This document shows, one piece after another, positions 18,606 to 28,369 of a stretch of DNA of 64,000 bases. The stretch is taken from NCBI GenBank assembly GCA_017457005.1, contig JAFTII010000030.1, forward strand, positions 13,669-77,668, given 5' to 3'. This DNA is from Alphaproteobacteria bacterium (GTDB lineage Bacteria > Pseudomonadota > Alphaproteobacteria > RF32 > CAG-239). A program made the translations under genes and the position numbers. Every line of letters starts with the position of its first letter. Positions within the stretch are counted from its first letter, which is position 1. Below the pieces are notes generated by a model. That model had not been told where the DNA came from. It saw only the letters and a program-made list of their open reading frames with translations, and made no database searches.

Positions 18606-19058
18606 TTAGCTTAAACAAGCTTTAACCATACCGTTAGCTTTTCCGAAATCCATCTGACCGGCATATTTAGCTTTGAGAGCGCCCATAATTTTTCCCATAT
18701 CTTTTATAGATGTTGCTCCCAATTCTGCAATCAAAGCTTTGATTGCAGCCTCTATTTCCGCCTCATTCATTTGTTTAGGCAAAAAGCGTTCAATTACTGT
18801 AATTTCAGCTTTTTCTTTATCAGCCAGTTCCGGACGATTTCCATCCATATACATTTTAATTGAATCATTACGTTGCTTAATCATTGTCTGCATCATTGCC
18901 ATTAATTCTTCATCAGTAGCTTTTTCTTTACCTTTTCCTCTGGCCTCAACATCTTTTTCTTTTTGACCGGCAATAATCATACGCACTGCAGATGTTGTAA
19001 CCGCATCATGAGCCAACATAGATTCTTTTAATGCTTTTTGCAAATCTTCACGCAACAT
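18606..19058 (-). CDS. GatB/YqeY domain protein
   Basis: 150 aa with the typical YqeY sequence (LKESMLAHD...ELADKEKAEITVIERFLP...GKANGMVKA), sited upstream of dnaG-rpoD. Confidence 0.9.
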   Translation of the reverse strand: MLREDLQKALKESMLAHDAVTTSAVRMIIAGQKEKDVEARGKGKEKATDEELMAMMQTMIKQRNDSIKMYMDGNRPELADKEKAEITVIERFLPKQMNEAEIEAAIKALIAELGATSIKDMGKIMGALKAKYAGQMDFGKANGMVKACLS

Positions 19059-19123
19059 TTCTTTTCTCCTAAAATTTCAAACTGCACATAGCATATACAT
19101 TTGGTAACAAAAAATCAATTATT

Positions 19124-20965
19124 TTAAAAATAACTTCTAATTCCCAAATACATTTCATCAATATCTTTTCCGTAATTTTGCTGATATTTGTAGCGCCCCT
19201 CCCAAGCCCAATCACGATTTAGGGAATATGCGATTTCAGCTTTATAAACGGCTTTTGCTCCAATCTTTGAGCTGGCAAAAACTTTTTCAGCTTCAACCAA
19301 TGTTCGCAAATTTCCTGCATCAATCAATATTCCGATTTGTCCCCCTACTCCTCCCCATTGATTACGTGGTAAAAATCCGCCATAAGCCAAATGATTATTC
19401 ATCATGGCAAATAGCCAAATATTGTTGTTTAAAGCATAAGTTCCCCCACCACCGACAACAAAATTAGCTACATACCCGTTTTTTTGGTTATCAAAATTAT
19501 TTTCACGATTTATATTTGCCAAAATCTGAAAAGATATCGGCTTAAATAACTTATTTATCGGAGAAACAGACCTAATTCCCAACAACTCAAATTTTTCCAA
19601 TACATATTTATCATCATCGTCATAGTGCCGCAAAGTTGTATTCAAAAAATTAATTTCTGCTCCACGCAAAAAACCATAATTATTATCCGTTAACGAATGA
19701 TATGCCGGACGATAAGATAATTCCTGAAATCCTTCCCCGTTACGTACACCGGCTCCAAAAGTTGCTCGCATGGATCCATGTGCCAAAAACGGATACTGTC
19801 CTTGCAATTCATCTTCATCAATCTTTGTTTTTAATTTACTTCTGGACCTTAAAGCCATAAAACTTTGTTTACGATAATCACGCAAATCCAAATTTTCAGC
19901 TACATATTGATATTGTATATATTGATATACCGTTTCTGTAATTTTTGCCTGACTTTTTTCCGATAAATTTTCAAAATTATAATTTTGTTTAAATATCGCT
20001 TGTTCTGTAGCATTTTGCTCTTGCTCATTCATCAGAGTATAATTATATTTAATTTTATTCTGCCGTGACGGACGATAATTTATTTTCTTTACCAAGCCTT
20101 GTGCCTGATAAACTTTTTTCACCGTATCCGTAGGAATTGTTTGCAACGGAAACTCTTGCGCCATTTTTAATTCCGGTCTTACTGCATCTAAAGTTTCCAT
20201 TAGCATATAAGAGCAATTGCGTCCCAAAAAATAATAACGAGCCTGAACACCGGAAAGCTCCCACAAATGTGCAACCAGCAAATCTTTTTCTTCCGAACTG
20301 AAATTAAGTTCAAATTCCCAAATATCGCGATTTTCTACATTATTATAAGTATTTATAATATCAAAATACGGCTTTATGGTAAATCCTCCATAATATCCTC
20401 CCACCAACCCCAAAAGCGGATATAACGGACTTGGATTTTCTCCTATATATGCTCCGTAATTTGCTCCATGCGCCAAAAGTTGAGTTCCTTTACGCGCAGT
20501 ATCTACTCTAAGCAATGTATGTCCGAATAATGATGACGGATTATTCATATAAGCATCCGTAAATATAAAAGTAACCCCTTCCGGACGCAAATCATCATAA
20601 TATTGCTCATAATCTTTACATTGCGGAAAATCTTTTGTAATTAATTTTCTTTTTTTCAAAACCATATACCGAGCCGGGAACTTGCATTTCAATTCATTAT
20701 CATTTCCTTCAAACAACAAGATTGTTGCTTTCAATTCATCTTCCGGATTAACTTTTCCGTTTTCACTCAAAAAGAAATTTTCCGTATCAATTGTACTTTC
20801 ATACCCCTTACCATCGGACTGATAATGCCCCAAAGCAAGCCATTCATCAGAATAAGCAAAATGCCCTGCACCATATAAATCGGAGAAGGCAAAAAAAGAA
20901 AATAAAAGCGAGATTAACACTCGCCGTAACTGTTTTTGTAAACAAAACATCTTACACATATTCAA
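19124..20965 (-). CDS. DUF4105 (Lnb N-terminal-like) periplasmic/outer-membrane protein
   Basis: 613 aa with a signal peptide, the SLFGHTLLRV motif typical of DUF4105, and a C-terminus ending in F like beta-barrel proteins. The start is ambiguous (TTG or ATG within the first 6 codons). Confidence 0.65.
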   Translation of the reverse strand: MNMCKMFCLQKQLRRVLISLLFSFFAFSDLYGAGHFAYSDEWLALGHYQSDGKGYESTIDTENFFLSENGKVNPEDELKATILLFEGNDNELKCKFPARYMVLKKRKLITKDFPQCKDYEQYYDDLRPEGVTFIFTDAYMNNPSSLFGHTLLRVDTARKGTQLLAHGANYGAYIGENPSPLYPLLGLVGGYYGGFTIKPYFDIINTYNNVENRDIWEFELNFSSEEKDLLVAHLWELSGVQARYYFLGRNCSYMLMETLDAVRPELKMAQEFPLQTIPTDTVKKVYQAQGLVKKINYRPSRQNKIKYNYTLMNEQEQNATEQAIFKQNYNFENLSEKSQAKITETVYQYIQYQYVAENLDLRDYRKQSFMALRSRSKLKTKIDEDELQGQYPFLAHGSMRATFGAGVRNGEGFQELSYRPAYHSLTDNNYGFLRGAEINFLNTTLRHYDDDDKYVLEKFELLGIRSVSPINKLFKPISFQILANINRENNFDNQKNGYVANFVVGGGGTYALNNNIWLFAMMNNHLAYGGFLPRNQWGGVGGQIGILIDAGNLRTLVEAEKVFASSKIGAKAVYKAEIAYSLNRDWAWEGRYKYQQNYGKDIDEMYLGIRSYF

Positions 20966-21024
20966 AACTGAAAAGATGGCTCAAACGGCATTATTAAAAC
21001 CGGAAGAGCCATCTTTTTCATCTT

Positions 21025-21477
21025 TTATGCTAACTGCATAACCTTAAGAGTGATATCTACCACATCAGCGTTTTCATTAGCAAATAAATAAGCAAACTGA
21101 GCCTGTGCCTTAAGACCGAACTCTTGACTGTCAACATTTAAAATACCGGCAACGGTATCAATCGTTTCACCATATCCTGCTGCCACATCAATAGCAAATT
21201 GCTCCATATTGTTTTCCAAAAATGCAAGCATCATTCTACCTGTTCCGCCGGTAACTCTACCATTTGGATCACATCCTGACGTTCCAAAAGTAATACCGAA
21301 TGTTTGAGAACCGAAAGAAGCATTTGTTGTTGCTGCCAATACTTGCGGCCCGATTCCTTTTTGTCCGCGCCATGCCATAGAACCCAATCCGCATCCTGTG
21401 CTATCTACAGCAAATGCCGGAGCAGATGCCAACATTGCCACCCCGACAGCTAATGAAGCCAAATAAATTTTTCTCAT
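21025..21477 (-). CDS. DUF3015 family secreted protein
   Basis: Start moved to MRKIYLASLAVGVAMLASAPAFA (ATG at 21477, SD GGAG). Carries the motifs TGCGLGSMAW and QTFGITFGTSGC. Confidence 0.65.
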   Translation of the reverse strand: MRKIYLASLAVGVAMLASAPAFAVDSTGCGLGSMAWRGQKGIGPQVLAATTNASFGSQTFGITFGTSGCDPNGRVTGGTGRMMLAFLENNMEQFAIDVAAGYGETIDTVAGILNVDSQEFGLKAQAQFAYLFANENADVVDITLKVMQLA

Positions 21478-21625
21478 TCTTTTCACTCCATAAAAATTTT
21501 TTATCCGAACAAATTGTAACACATCACAAACAAAAGTATATAACAAAAAAACATTACTCCAAAAATAATTTACTTGATTTATTTTTTATTGATGTTACAT
21601 TACTTCCAACTTAAACAAATACGAG

Positions 21626-21663
21626 CTGTGACGGAGTTATACTCCATCGCAGTTCATTTTTTC
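21626..21663 (+). terminator. intrinsic-terminator-like hairpin in the greA leader
   Basis: CTGTGACGGAGT-TAT-ACTCCATCGCAG (12-bp stem with one mismatch and one G-U pair) followed by TTCATTTTTT. It ends about 30 nt before the greA ATG. Confidence 0.5.
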
Positions 21664-21694
21664 TAACTTAAAATAAATTTTAATAGGTGATAAA

Positions 21695-22168
21695 ATGGAA
21701 AAATTTCCTTTGACTAAAGTCGGATTTGATTCCCTTGAACAAGAACTAAAAACCCTTAAAAGCGTTGAACGTCCGAATATTATCGCCGCTATTGATGAGG
21801 CTCGTTCTCATGGCGATTTATCAGAAAATGCCGAATATTCCGCTGCCAAAGAAAAGCAAAGCTTTATTGAAGGCCGAATTCAGGATTTGGAAGCTGTTTT
21901 AAGTCGCGCTCAAGTTATTGATGTATCTAAGGCCAACTACGATGTAATCCGTTTTGGAGCTACCGTAACCGTTGCCGATGAAGATACTGATGAAGAAAAA
22001 ACTTATCAAATTGTTGGCGATTATGAAGCTGACATTGAAAAAAACAAAATTTCTCTTTCTTCTCCGTTAGCCAAAGCTCTCATTGGTAAAGAGGTTGGTG
22101 ATTCTGCCGTTTATACAGCCCCCGGCGGAAAAAAATCTTTTGAAGTTATAGAGATTCGTTATATTTAA
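21695..22168 (+). CDS. greA: transcription elongation factor GreA
   Basis: 157 aa with the canonical GreA coiled-coil (ARSHGDLSENAEYSAAKEKQ) and C-terminal domain. Confidence 0.96.
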   Translation: MEKFPLTKVGFDSLEQELKTLKSVERPNIIAAIDEARSHGDLSENAEYSAAKEKQSFIEGRIQDLEAVLSRAQVIDVSKANYDVIRFGATVTVADEDTDEEKTYQIVGDYEADIEKNKISLSSPLAKALIGKEVGDSAVYTAPGGKKSFEVIEIRYI

Positions 22169-22192
22169 AATTCATCTTTATGATATTATATC

Positions 22193-22220
22193 AAAACCAC
22201 CAGTTATTGGTGGTTTTTTT
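22193..22220 (+). terminator. rho-independent terminator of greA
   Basis: AAAACCACCAG-TTAT-TGGTGGTTTTTTT. Confidence 0.8.
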
Positions 22221-22240
22221 ATAATAAAAGGAGCAGTATT

Positions 22241-22444
22241 ATGAATTTTGAAAATAAAACTTCCTGCGAATGCCGAGAAGACGATAATTGCGGTTGTACA
22301 TATCCCAATAATCTCAGCGCATTTAATTGTCAAACCGCAAACAAAAACAAAAAAACAATAACCAAAATTGTTAAAGATAGTGTTTGCGTTTGTTCTCCTC
22401 AAGAATGTGCATGCAATGTTGAGCGCACAGAAATTGACAACTAG
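22241..22444 (+). CDS. small Cys-rich protein (four CxC motifs)
   Basis: 67 aa with 9 Cys arranged as CEC, CGC, C, CVC, CAC. Strong SD AAAGGAG 7 nt upstream. Sits directly upstream of trxB. Confidence 0.55.
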   Translation: MNFENKTSCECREDDNCGCTYPNNLSAFNCQTANKNKKTITKIVKDSVCVCSPQECACNVERTEIDN

Positions 22445-22498
22445 GATTTTCAAAGATATAACTCCCTATAATAAGATATAAGATTAGGAGTTACTCTT

Positions 22499-23437
22499 AT
22501 GGCTGAATACAAAACCAAAGTATTAATTATCGGTTCCGGTCCGGCCGGATACACTGCCGGAATATATGCCGCCCGAGCCGGACTAAATCCCATATTGGTA
22601 TCCGGAACACAAGTTGGCGGACAACTCACCATAACTACCGATGTTGAAAATTTTCCGGCATTTCCCTCCCCCATCGCAGGAAGCGAACTTATGACCAGAA
22701 TGCGAGAACAAGCTCAAAATGTCGGAGTTAAAATTATTGAAGATAATATTGTTGAAGTAGATTTCAAAACTCGTCCATTTGAATGCAGTTCAGAAAGAAA
22801 CAACCTTTTTTCGGGAGAAACTGTCATTATATGCACCGGAGCATCTAATCGTTGGTTAGAGCTTGAAAGCGAAAAAAAATATCGTGGTTTTGGTGTTTCC
22901 GGTTGCGCAACATGTGATGGTTTCTTTTATCGTGGTCGCAATGTTGCCGTAATCGGAGGTGGCAACACTGCTGCCGAAGAAGCCATATACTTAACAAACT
23001 TTGCTGGTTCCGTAACTCTGATTCACCGCCGAGACACCTTACGTGCGGATAAATTCCTCCAAGACAAATTACGCAACAACAACAAGATACACATTGAATG
23101 GGATTCTGTAGTTGAAGAAATTTTAGGTACCGAAAATCCGTTAAGTGTAAACGGAATTAGAATTAAAAATGTTAAAACTGACCAACAAAAAACTCTAAAA
23201 GTTGATGGAGTATTTATTGCAATCGGTCACCACCCTAATACCGAAATTTTTAAAGGACAAATAGACTTAAGCAATGACGGATATATCATTACCCAACCGG
23301 ATAGTTGCAAAACTAATATTGAAGGTGTTTTTGCTGCCGGAGATGTTCAAAATCAACATTTCAGACAAGCAATTGTTGCTGCCGGATCCGGCTGTATAGC
23401 CGCATTGGAAGCCGATAAATTTTTGAGCAAAATGTAG
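22499..23437 (+). CDS. trxB: thioredoxin-disulfide reductase
   Basis: 312 aa with FAD motif GSGPAGYTAGIYAARA, redox site CATCDG and NADPH motif GGGNTAAEEA. Confidence 0.96.
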   Translation: MAEYKTKVLIIGSGPAGYTAGIYAARAGLNPILVSGTQVGGQLTITTDVENFPAFPSPIAGSELMTRMREQAQNVGVKIIEDNIVEVDFKTRPFECSSERNNLFSGETVIICTGASNRWLELESEKKYRGFGVSGCATCDGFFYRGRNVAVIGGGNTAAEEAIYLTNFAGSVTLIHRRDTLRADKFLQDKLRNNNKIHIEWDSVVEEILGTENPLSVNGIRIKNVKTDQQKTLKVDGVFIAIGHHPNTEIFKGQIDLSNDGYIITQPDSCKTNIEGVFAAGDVQNQHFRQAIVAAGSGCIAALEADKFLSKM

Positions 23438-23448
23438 TTTTATTTTTC

Positions 23449-24960
23449 TTAAAATAATTCCAATACACTCTTTGAAGCCTGACTGGCTAAGGACAATGCA
23501 TTTATCGCCAATTGCTGACGAGTTTGTAAAGCTAACATATTTGCTGATTCTTCATTCATATCTGCTAAGGTAAGTTTGTCTGCACCCTCTGTCAAAACAT
23601 TTATTAAATCATTAGTAAAATTTTCTCGGGATACAAGTATTGAATAACTGTTACCTATCTCTGAAGCATAATCTCTCAATAAATTTATTGAACTTCGCAA
23701 ATCATTTAAGGTCTTCCCGATATCATTTTTATCATTCCATAATACCGGCTTTAATCCCAAAGAACCTGAACTGACATCCTTGCCGATAATTTTAAGTTTA
23801 GAACTTCTGTCTTCATTAAAATTCACAATCAGATTATCGGCTTTCAATAAATTAACCCCTTTATATGTAGCATCTTCTACTAAATTATCATATTGCCGCA
23901 CAATTTCATCATATTGACCTGTGTAATATGCATAATCATTTTCGCCAAACTTTTCATCAATATTCACACTTACATCTTTATATTCATCATCATTAAGAGC
24001 AAAACTACCTAATATTCCAAGCCTATCAACACTATTTGCTTCAATATTCAAATTACTGATTAATAATTCTTTTTCATCTCCTCCATCCCCAATTATTCCT
24101 CTACCAACACCATCATCTCTCGTCAATAAATCTATCTTCACATTATTAAGTTTACAATTTGCTTGATACAACCTTATTCCTATTGCGTTATAATTTTGAG
24201 AATTTTTAACTTCAATAATTACATTCTCTAAAATAGAATCTCCTCTTGAATTTATCCCCCACATTCCCTGTTCTACACGATTATTTATACCATTATTAAC
24301 AATTTTAACATTATTTAACTTTAAATTACGATATGCATCGTGATTAACACCTTTTGCAGTTTCTAATGTTATATTGTTAATTTCCGTAGTTCCATCCCCA
24401 AGATAACCTATTCTGACAGAATTGCCTTTAAGAGTATATCCTCCCCCATTCAAAACCACATTACTACCATTAATATTAATATCAGAATCACCAAAATCTA
24501 AATTCTCGGTTAAAACTATTTGAACATTATCTCTGCTAAGTAATTCATTAAATTCATCAACCGTAATTGTACTATCAACTGACGTATATCCTTCTGCTAT
24601 CAATTCTGCTGAATTAGCTTTAAATTGCACAAATTCTTCATTACTAATTACCGTAGAAACTGACAAACTTTGTTCTACCACCGATAATGCTTGCTCCAAA
24701 AACGATAATCCTGTGTCTATTGCCTCTGTTGCCGTTTTAACCGTTGATATTGCTTGACCGATTGAATCCAGTAAAAGATTGAGATCATTTGCTCTATTAT
24801 CTAAAAAACGAGCTGTATAATAAGAACTCGGATTATCTATTGCCGAGTTAACATTCTTTCCTGTAGAGATATTTTTCTGAGTAACACCCATCAACGACGT
24901 TGTTTGCTGTAAAATCAGCAAATTCGCACGCATAGTTGATGTTAAAGAGATACTCGACAT
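23449..24960 (-). CDS. flagellin with a large non-canonical central domain
   Basis: The N-terminal (RANLLILQQTTSLMGVTQKNISTGKNVNSAIDNP) and C-terminal (ANMLALQTRQQLAINALSLASQASKSVLELF) flagellin helices flank about 250 aa rich in N-x-[IVL]-x-[IVL] repeats. Confidence 0.85.
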   Translation of the reverse strand: MSSISLTSTMRANLLILQQTTSLMGVTQKNISTGKNVNSAIDNPSSYYTARFLDNRANDLNLLLDSIGQAISTVKTATEAIDTGLSFLEQALSVVEQSLSVSTVISNEEFVQFKANSAELIAEGYTSVDSTITVDEFNELLSRDNVQIVLTENLDFGDSDININGSNVVLNGGGYTLKGNSVRIGYLGDGTTEINNITLETAKGVNHDAYRNLKLNNVKIVNNGINNRVEQGMWGINSRGDSILENVIIEVKNSQNYNAIGIRLYQANCKLNNVKIDLLTRDDGVGRGIIGDGGDEKELLISNLNIEANSVDRLGILGSFALNDDEYKDVSVNIDEKFGENDYAYYTGQYDEIVRQYDNLVEDATYKGVNLLKADNLIVNFNEDRSSKLKIIGKDVSSGSLGLKPVLWNDKNDIGKTLNDLRSSINLLRDYASEIGNSYSILVSRENFTNDLINVLTEGADKLTLADMNEESANMLALQTRQQLAINALSLASQASKSVLELF

Positions 24961-25099
24961 TTAAAAACCTTAAATTGTATAGCAATCTAAGATTATAATA
25001 AATAAAATATTCTAAAACAAAATTATACATTTTGTTCACAATATTCCTTCTAAAATTCATATCTTAGAATGAATATTCATAAAGCTCAAACAATTGTTT

Positions 25100-26329
25100 T
25101 TACTCATACCTCAATGCGGAAATCGGATTTAATAAAGATGCCTTATATGCCGGATAAAAGCCAAAAAACAAGCCTACAAATCCGGCAAAAGAGAATGGCA
25201 ACAATACATAAAACAAAGAAATTTTAGCCGTCAATGAAGTAAATGCTGACACTAATTCCGAGCCTATTAACCCGATCACAACTCCAAACAACCCACCAAG
25301 CAAAGACAACACTAAAGCTTCAGTCAAAAACTGCCACCTGATATCCCAAGCTTTAGCCCCGATTGCCATTCTTATTCCGATTTCTCTGGTACGTTCGGTA
25401 ACCGACACTAACATTATATTCATAATCCCTATACCACCGACTAACAAAGATATTGAAGCAATTGCCCCCAACAAAATCGTCATTATCTTGGTTGAATTTT
25501 CCATCATCTCCATCATTTGTGTCAAATTACGGATTACAAAATCATCTTCTTTATTAATTCCTAAATTATGTCTTTGGCGTAAGAGTTCTCTAATTTCATC
25601 TTGAGCCGTATATGTGCTGGGAGCATCAACGGCTTGCAACATTATAAACCTGACCTGATCAGGCAAAGTCGTACCCATAACCTTCTTTTGTGCAGTAGAA
25701 ATCGGAATATATACTACATCATCTTGATCTTGTCCCATTCCGCTTTGCCCACGCTCTTTAAGTACTCCGATAACCTTAAACGGTATTCCCTTAATTCGGA
25801 TAGTCTTACCTAACGGATCCAAATCTCCGAATAATTCCAAAACAACAGTCTTTCCTAAAATTGCAGATTTGGCTGCATTTTTTATATCTGTCTCACTAAA
25901 AAATCTTCCGTATGCCAAATCCCATTCTTTAATTTCAAACATCCGATTATCTGTTCCGGTAATACCTGTTGACCAGTTTGCATTACCATATACTATTTGT
26001 GCGGCTTCTTCCAACACCGGAGCTGCCAATTTAATTTTAGCAATTTTTTGTTGAATTGCATCACCATCAGCGGCTTTCATCGTTGGTTGAGAACCATGTC
26101 CACCTCTGGCTCCGCTTGATGTTGCTACTCCCGAACGGACAATAATCAAATTGCTTCCCATGGTTTTCATTTCATTTTGGATAGAAATTTGCGCTCCATT
26201 ACCGATTGCCAACATCACTATTACCGCAGCCACACCGATAATAATTCCCAAGCTGGTTAAGACTGAGCGCATTTTGTTAGCTTTGATTGCCCTAAAAGCA
26301 ATACTTGATATCGTTCCAATATCGGTCAT
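25100..26329 (-). CDS. MacB-type ABC transporter permease (FtsX/MacB periplasmic domain)
   Basis: 409 aa with N-terminal TM, a large periplasmic domain and a C-terminal FtsX-like 3-TM bundle (REIGIRMAIGA). Confidence 0.9.
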   Translation of the reverse strand: MTDIGTISSIAFRAIKANKMRSVLTSLGIIIGVAAVIVMLAIGNGAQISIQNEMKTMGSNLIIVRSGVATSSGARGGHGSQPTMKAADGDAIQQKIAKIKLAAPVLEEAAQIVYGNANWSTGITGTDNRMFEIKEWDLAYGRFFSETDIKNAAKSAILGKTVVLELFGDLDPLGKTIRIKGIPFKVIGVLKERGQSGMGQDQDDVVYIPISTAQKKVMGTTLPDQVRFIMLQAVDAPSTYTAQDEIRELLRQRHNLGINKEDDFVIRNLTQMMEMMENSTKIMTILLGAIASISLLVGGIGIMNIMLVSVTERTREIGIRMAIGAKAWDIRWQFLTEALVLSLLGGLFGVVIGLIGSELVSAFTSLTAKISLFYVLLPFSFAGFVGLFFGFYPAYKASLLNPISALRYE

Positions 26330-27015
26330 TTATTCATCCTTTCATCAGAATGAATCTCTCCATCTACAATTTTGATAATTCTATTCGCATATCTTGCAAT
26401 ATCTTCTTCATGAGTAACTAAAATAATGGTCCTTTTCAGCTCCTTATTAAGCTTAGTGAATAAATCCATAATTTCCACACTCATTTTAGTATCCAAGTTT
26501 CCGGTCGGCTCATCAGCAAAAATTATCGGTGCTTCATTAACAATAGCTCTTGCAATTGCCACACGTTGCTGTTGTCCTCCAGAAAGCTGATTAGGTTGAT
26601 GATTAATCCTGTCTGTTAACCCGACTTTTTCTAGGGCTTTTTTTGCCCTTATTTTCCTTTCAGATATCGGAACATTAGAATAAACCATGGGCAATTCTAC
26701 ATTTTCCAAAGCAGTTGTTCTGGACAACAAATTAAACCCCTGAAACACAAATCCTATTTTTTGATTACGGATAGTTGCCAACTCATCTGATGACAAATTT
26801 TCCACTTGTTGTCCATCAAGGCTATACTGCCCTGAAGTCGGTTTATCCAAACACCCCAAGATATTCATTAAGGTAGATTTTCCGGACCCAGAAGGCCCCA
26901 TAATTGCCACAAAATCTCCGGCTTCAATCTGCAAAGACAAACCTTTAAGAATTTGCAATTGCATATCTCCCAAAGGATAAGATTTTGTTATATTTGTTAA
27001 TTTAATCAATGACAT
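26326..27015 (-). CDS. ABC transporter ATP-binding protein (MacB/LolD type)
   Basis: Walker A GPSGSGKST, signature LSGGQQQRVAIARA, Walker B IIFADEPTGNLD. Overlaps both neighbouring genes (operon). Confidence 0.93.
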   Translation of the reverse strand: MSLIKLTNITKSYPLGDMQLQILKGLSLQIEAGDFVAIMGPSGSGKSTLMNILGCLDKPTSGQYSLDGQQVENLSSDELATIRNQKIGFVFQGFNLLSRTTALENVELPMVYSNVPISERKIRAKKALEKVGLTDRINHQPNQLSGGQQQRVAIARAIVNEAPIIFADEPTGNLDTKMSVEIMDLFTKLNKELKRTIILVTHEEDIARYANRIIKIVDGEIHSDERMNK

Positions 27016-28175
27016 TATCTTGGCATTCTCATCCTCATTTGTTGTGTTTTGGTATTTTCTTTTTCACTTTCAATAATAACTTCCATTCCTACTTTCACAT
27101 TTTTTCCGCTGATTTCCGTAAAGTCATCATCAGAAACACCTGTTTCAATAACCATTCTTTCCGGAAGATTATTTTTTAATACCCATACACCTTTGTCTTT
27201 ATAACGTTTGGCTTCTCCTTTTTCATCTGTTACATAAAAACGCAAAGCCTTATTAGGCACTAATAAAACATTATTTTTTTGTGCCGTAATAATTTCCACA
27301 TTTGCAGTCATACCGGGTTTGATTTTCAGTTCCCGATTATCAATTTCAATAATTACTTCGTATGTAACCACATTAGATGTTGTAATCGGATTATTGCGTA
27401 CTTGAGTAACAATCCCGTAAAAAACTTCATCCGGAAAACTATCAACACTAAACTCTACGGTTTGCCCTTCTTTTACTTTGGCAATATCAGCCTCCACCAC
27501 CGATGCCTCTATTTGCATCTTGGTCAAATCTTCTGCCACATTAAATAACGTCGGGGTTTGGAAACTTGCCGCCACGGTCTGTCCTACTTCTACTTCTTTA
27601 GAGACCACAATACCATCTACCGGAGATATAATTTTGGTATAGCGCAAATCAATTTCCGCCTGAGATAACGCAGCCTCCGCTTGAGACACTTGAGCTTGTT
27701 TTAAGGCCTTTTGTACAACGGCATTATCATAATCTCTTTGTGCGGTTTCCAGTTCTTTATCGGTTGAATATTGTGACTTATTAAGCTTCTTTATGCGATT
27801 AAGATGTTTTTGATAATAAATTATATCATTTTCCACCACACTTACCTCAGCCTTCGCAATATCAAGAGCAGCCCTTCTTTGCGCAACAGTTGCCTCAAAT
27901 AAAGACGGATCAATTTGTGCCAAAAGTTGCCCTTGCTTAACCGGAGAATTATAATCTACAAATATTTCAGCAATAGTTCCGGAAACTTGCGTTCCGATAT
28001 TAACTGTAGAAATAGGATTAATAATCCCTGAAGCCGTAATTTTTTGGATTATTTCTCCCTGCTCTACTTTTTTGGTAACATAAACATCTTTTTCTTTCTT
28101 ACAAGCAGGTAGCGCAACCAATCCGCCTAAAGCAACCGTCACCAACAAAGCTGAAACCATAGTTTTTTTATTCAT
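27015..28175 (-). CDS. periplasmic adaptor (MacA/HlyD family) lipoprotein
   Basis: Lipobox LPAC, a coiled-coil hairpin and barrel-sandwich motifs (YTKIISPVDGIV). SD GGAGGAA. Confidence 0.88.
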   Translation of the reverse strand: MNKKTMVSALLVTVALGGLVALPACKKEKDVYVTKKVEQGEIIQKITASGIINPISTVNIGTQVSGTIAEIFVDYNSPVKQGQLLAQIDPSLFEATVAQRRAALDIAKAEVSVVENDIIYYQKHLNRIKKLNKSQYSTDKELETAQRDYDNAVVQKALKQAQVSQAEAALSQAEIDLRYTKIISPVDGIVVSKEVEVGQTVAASFQTPTLFNVAEDLTKMQIEASVVEADIAKVKEGQTVEFSVDSFPDEVFYGIVTQVRNNPITTSNVVTYEVIIEIDNRELKIKPGMTANVEIITAQKNNVLLVPNKALRFYVTDEKGEAKRYKDKGVWVLKNNLPERMVIETGVSDDDFTEISGKNVKVGMEVIIESEKENTKTQQMRMRMPR

Positions 28176-28369
28176 TTTTCCTCCGCTTATAAAACTTTTT
28201 AAATATAATAACGAATAAATTTAAAAAAAGTTTTAAAATAAACTTGAAAATGAATATTTTTTGTCTATTATAATAAGTGCATATTCTAATTATCAAATTA
28301 TTATAAACCCACTGACACTCTTTGCCCTGAATATGCGCCAAAGAGTAGATGTACTAAAACATTTAATTT

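Noticed and set aside
22178-22453. 91-aa minus-strand ORF opposite the Cys-rich mini-ORF
   Set aside because: It has no SD, starts inside the trxB leader and runs through the greA terminator hairpin. The plus-strand ORF has an ideal SD.
24961-25099. A sigma-28 (TAAA-N15-GCCGATAA) promoter upstream of the flagellin gene
   Set aside because: No convincing match was seen, only AT-rich sequence and a short ATTCAT/ATGAAT inverted repeat that is more likely the macB terminator.
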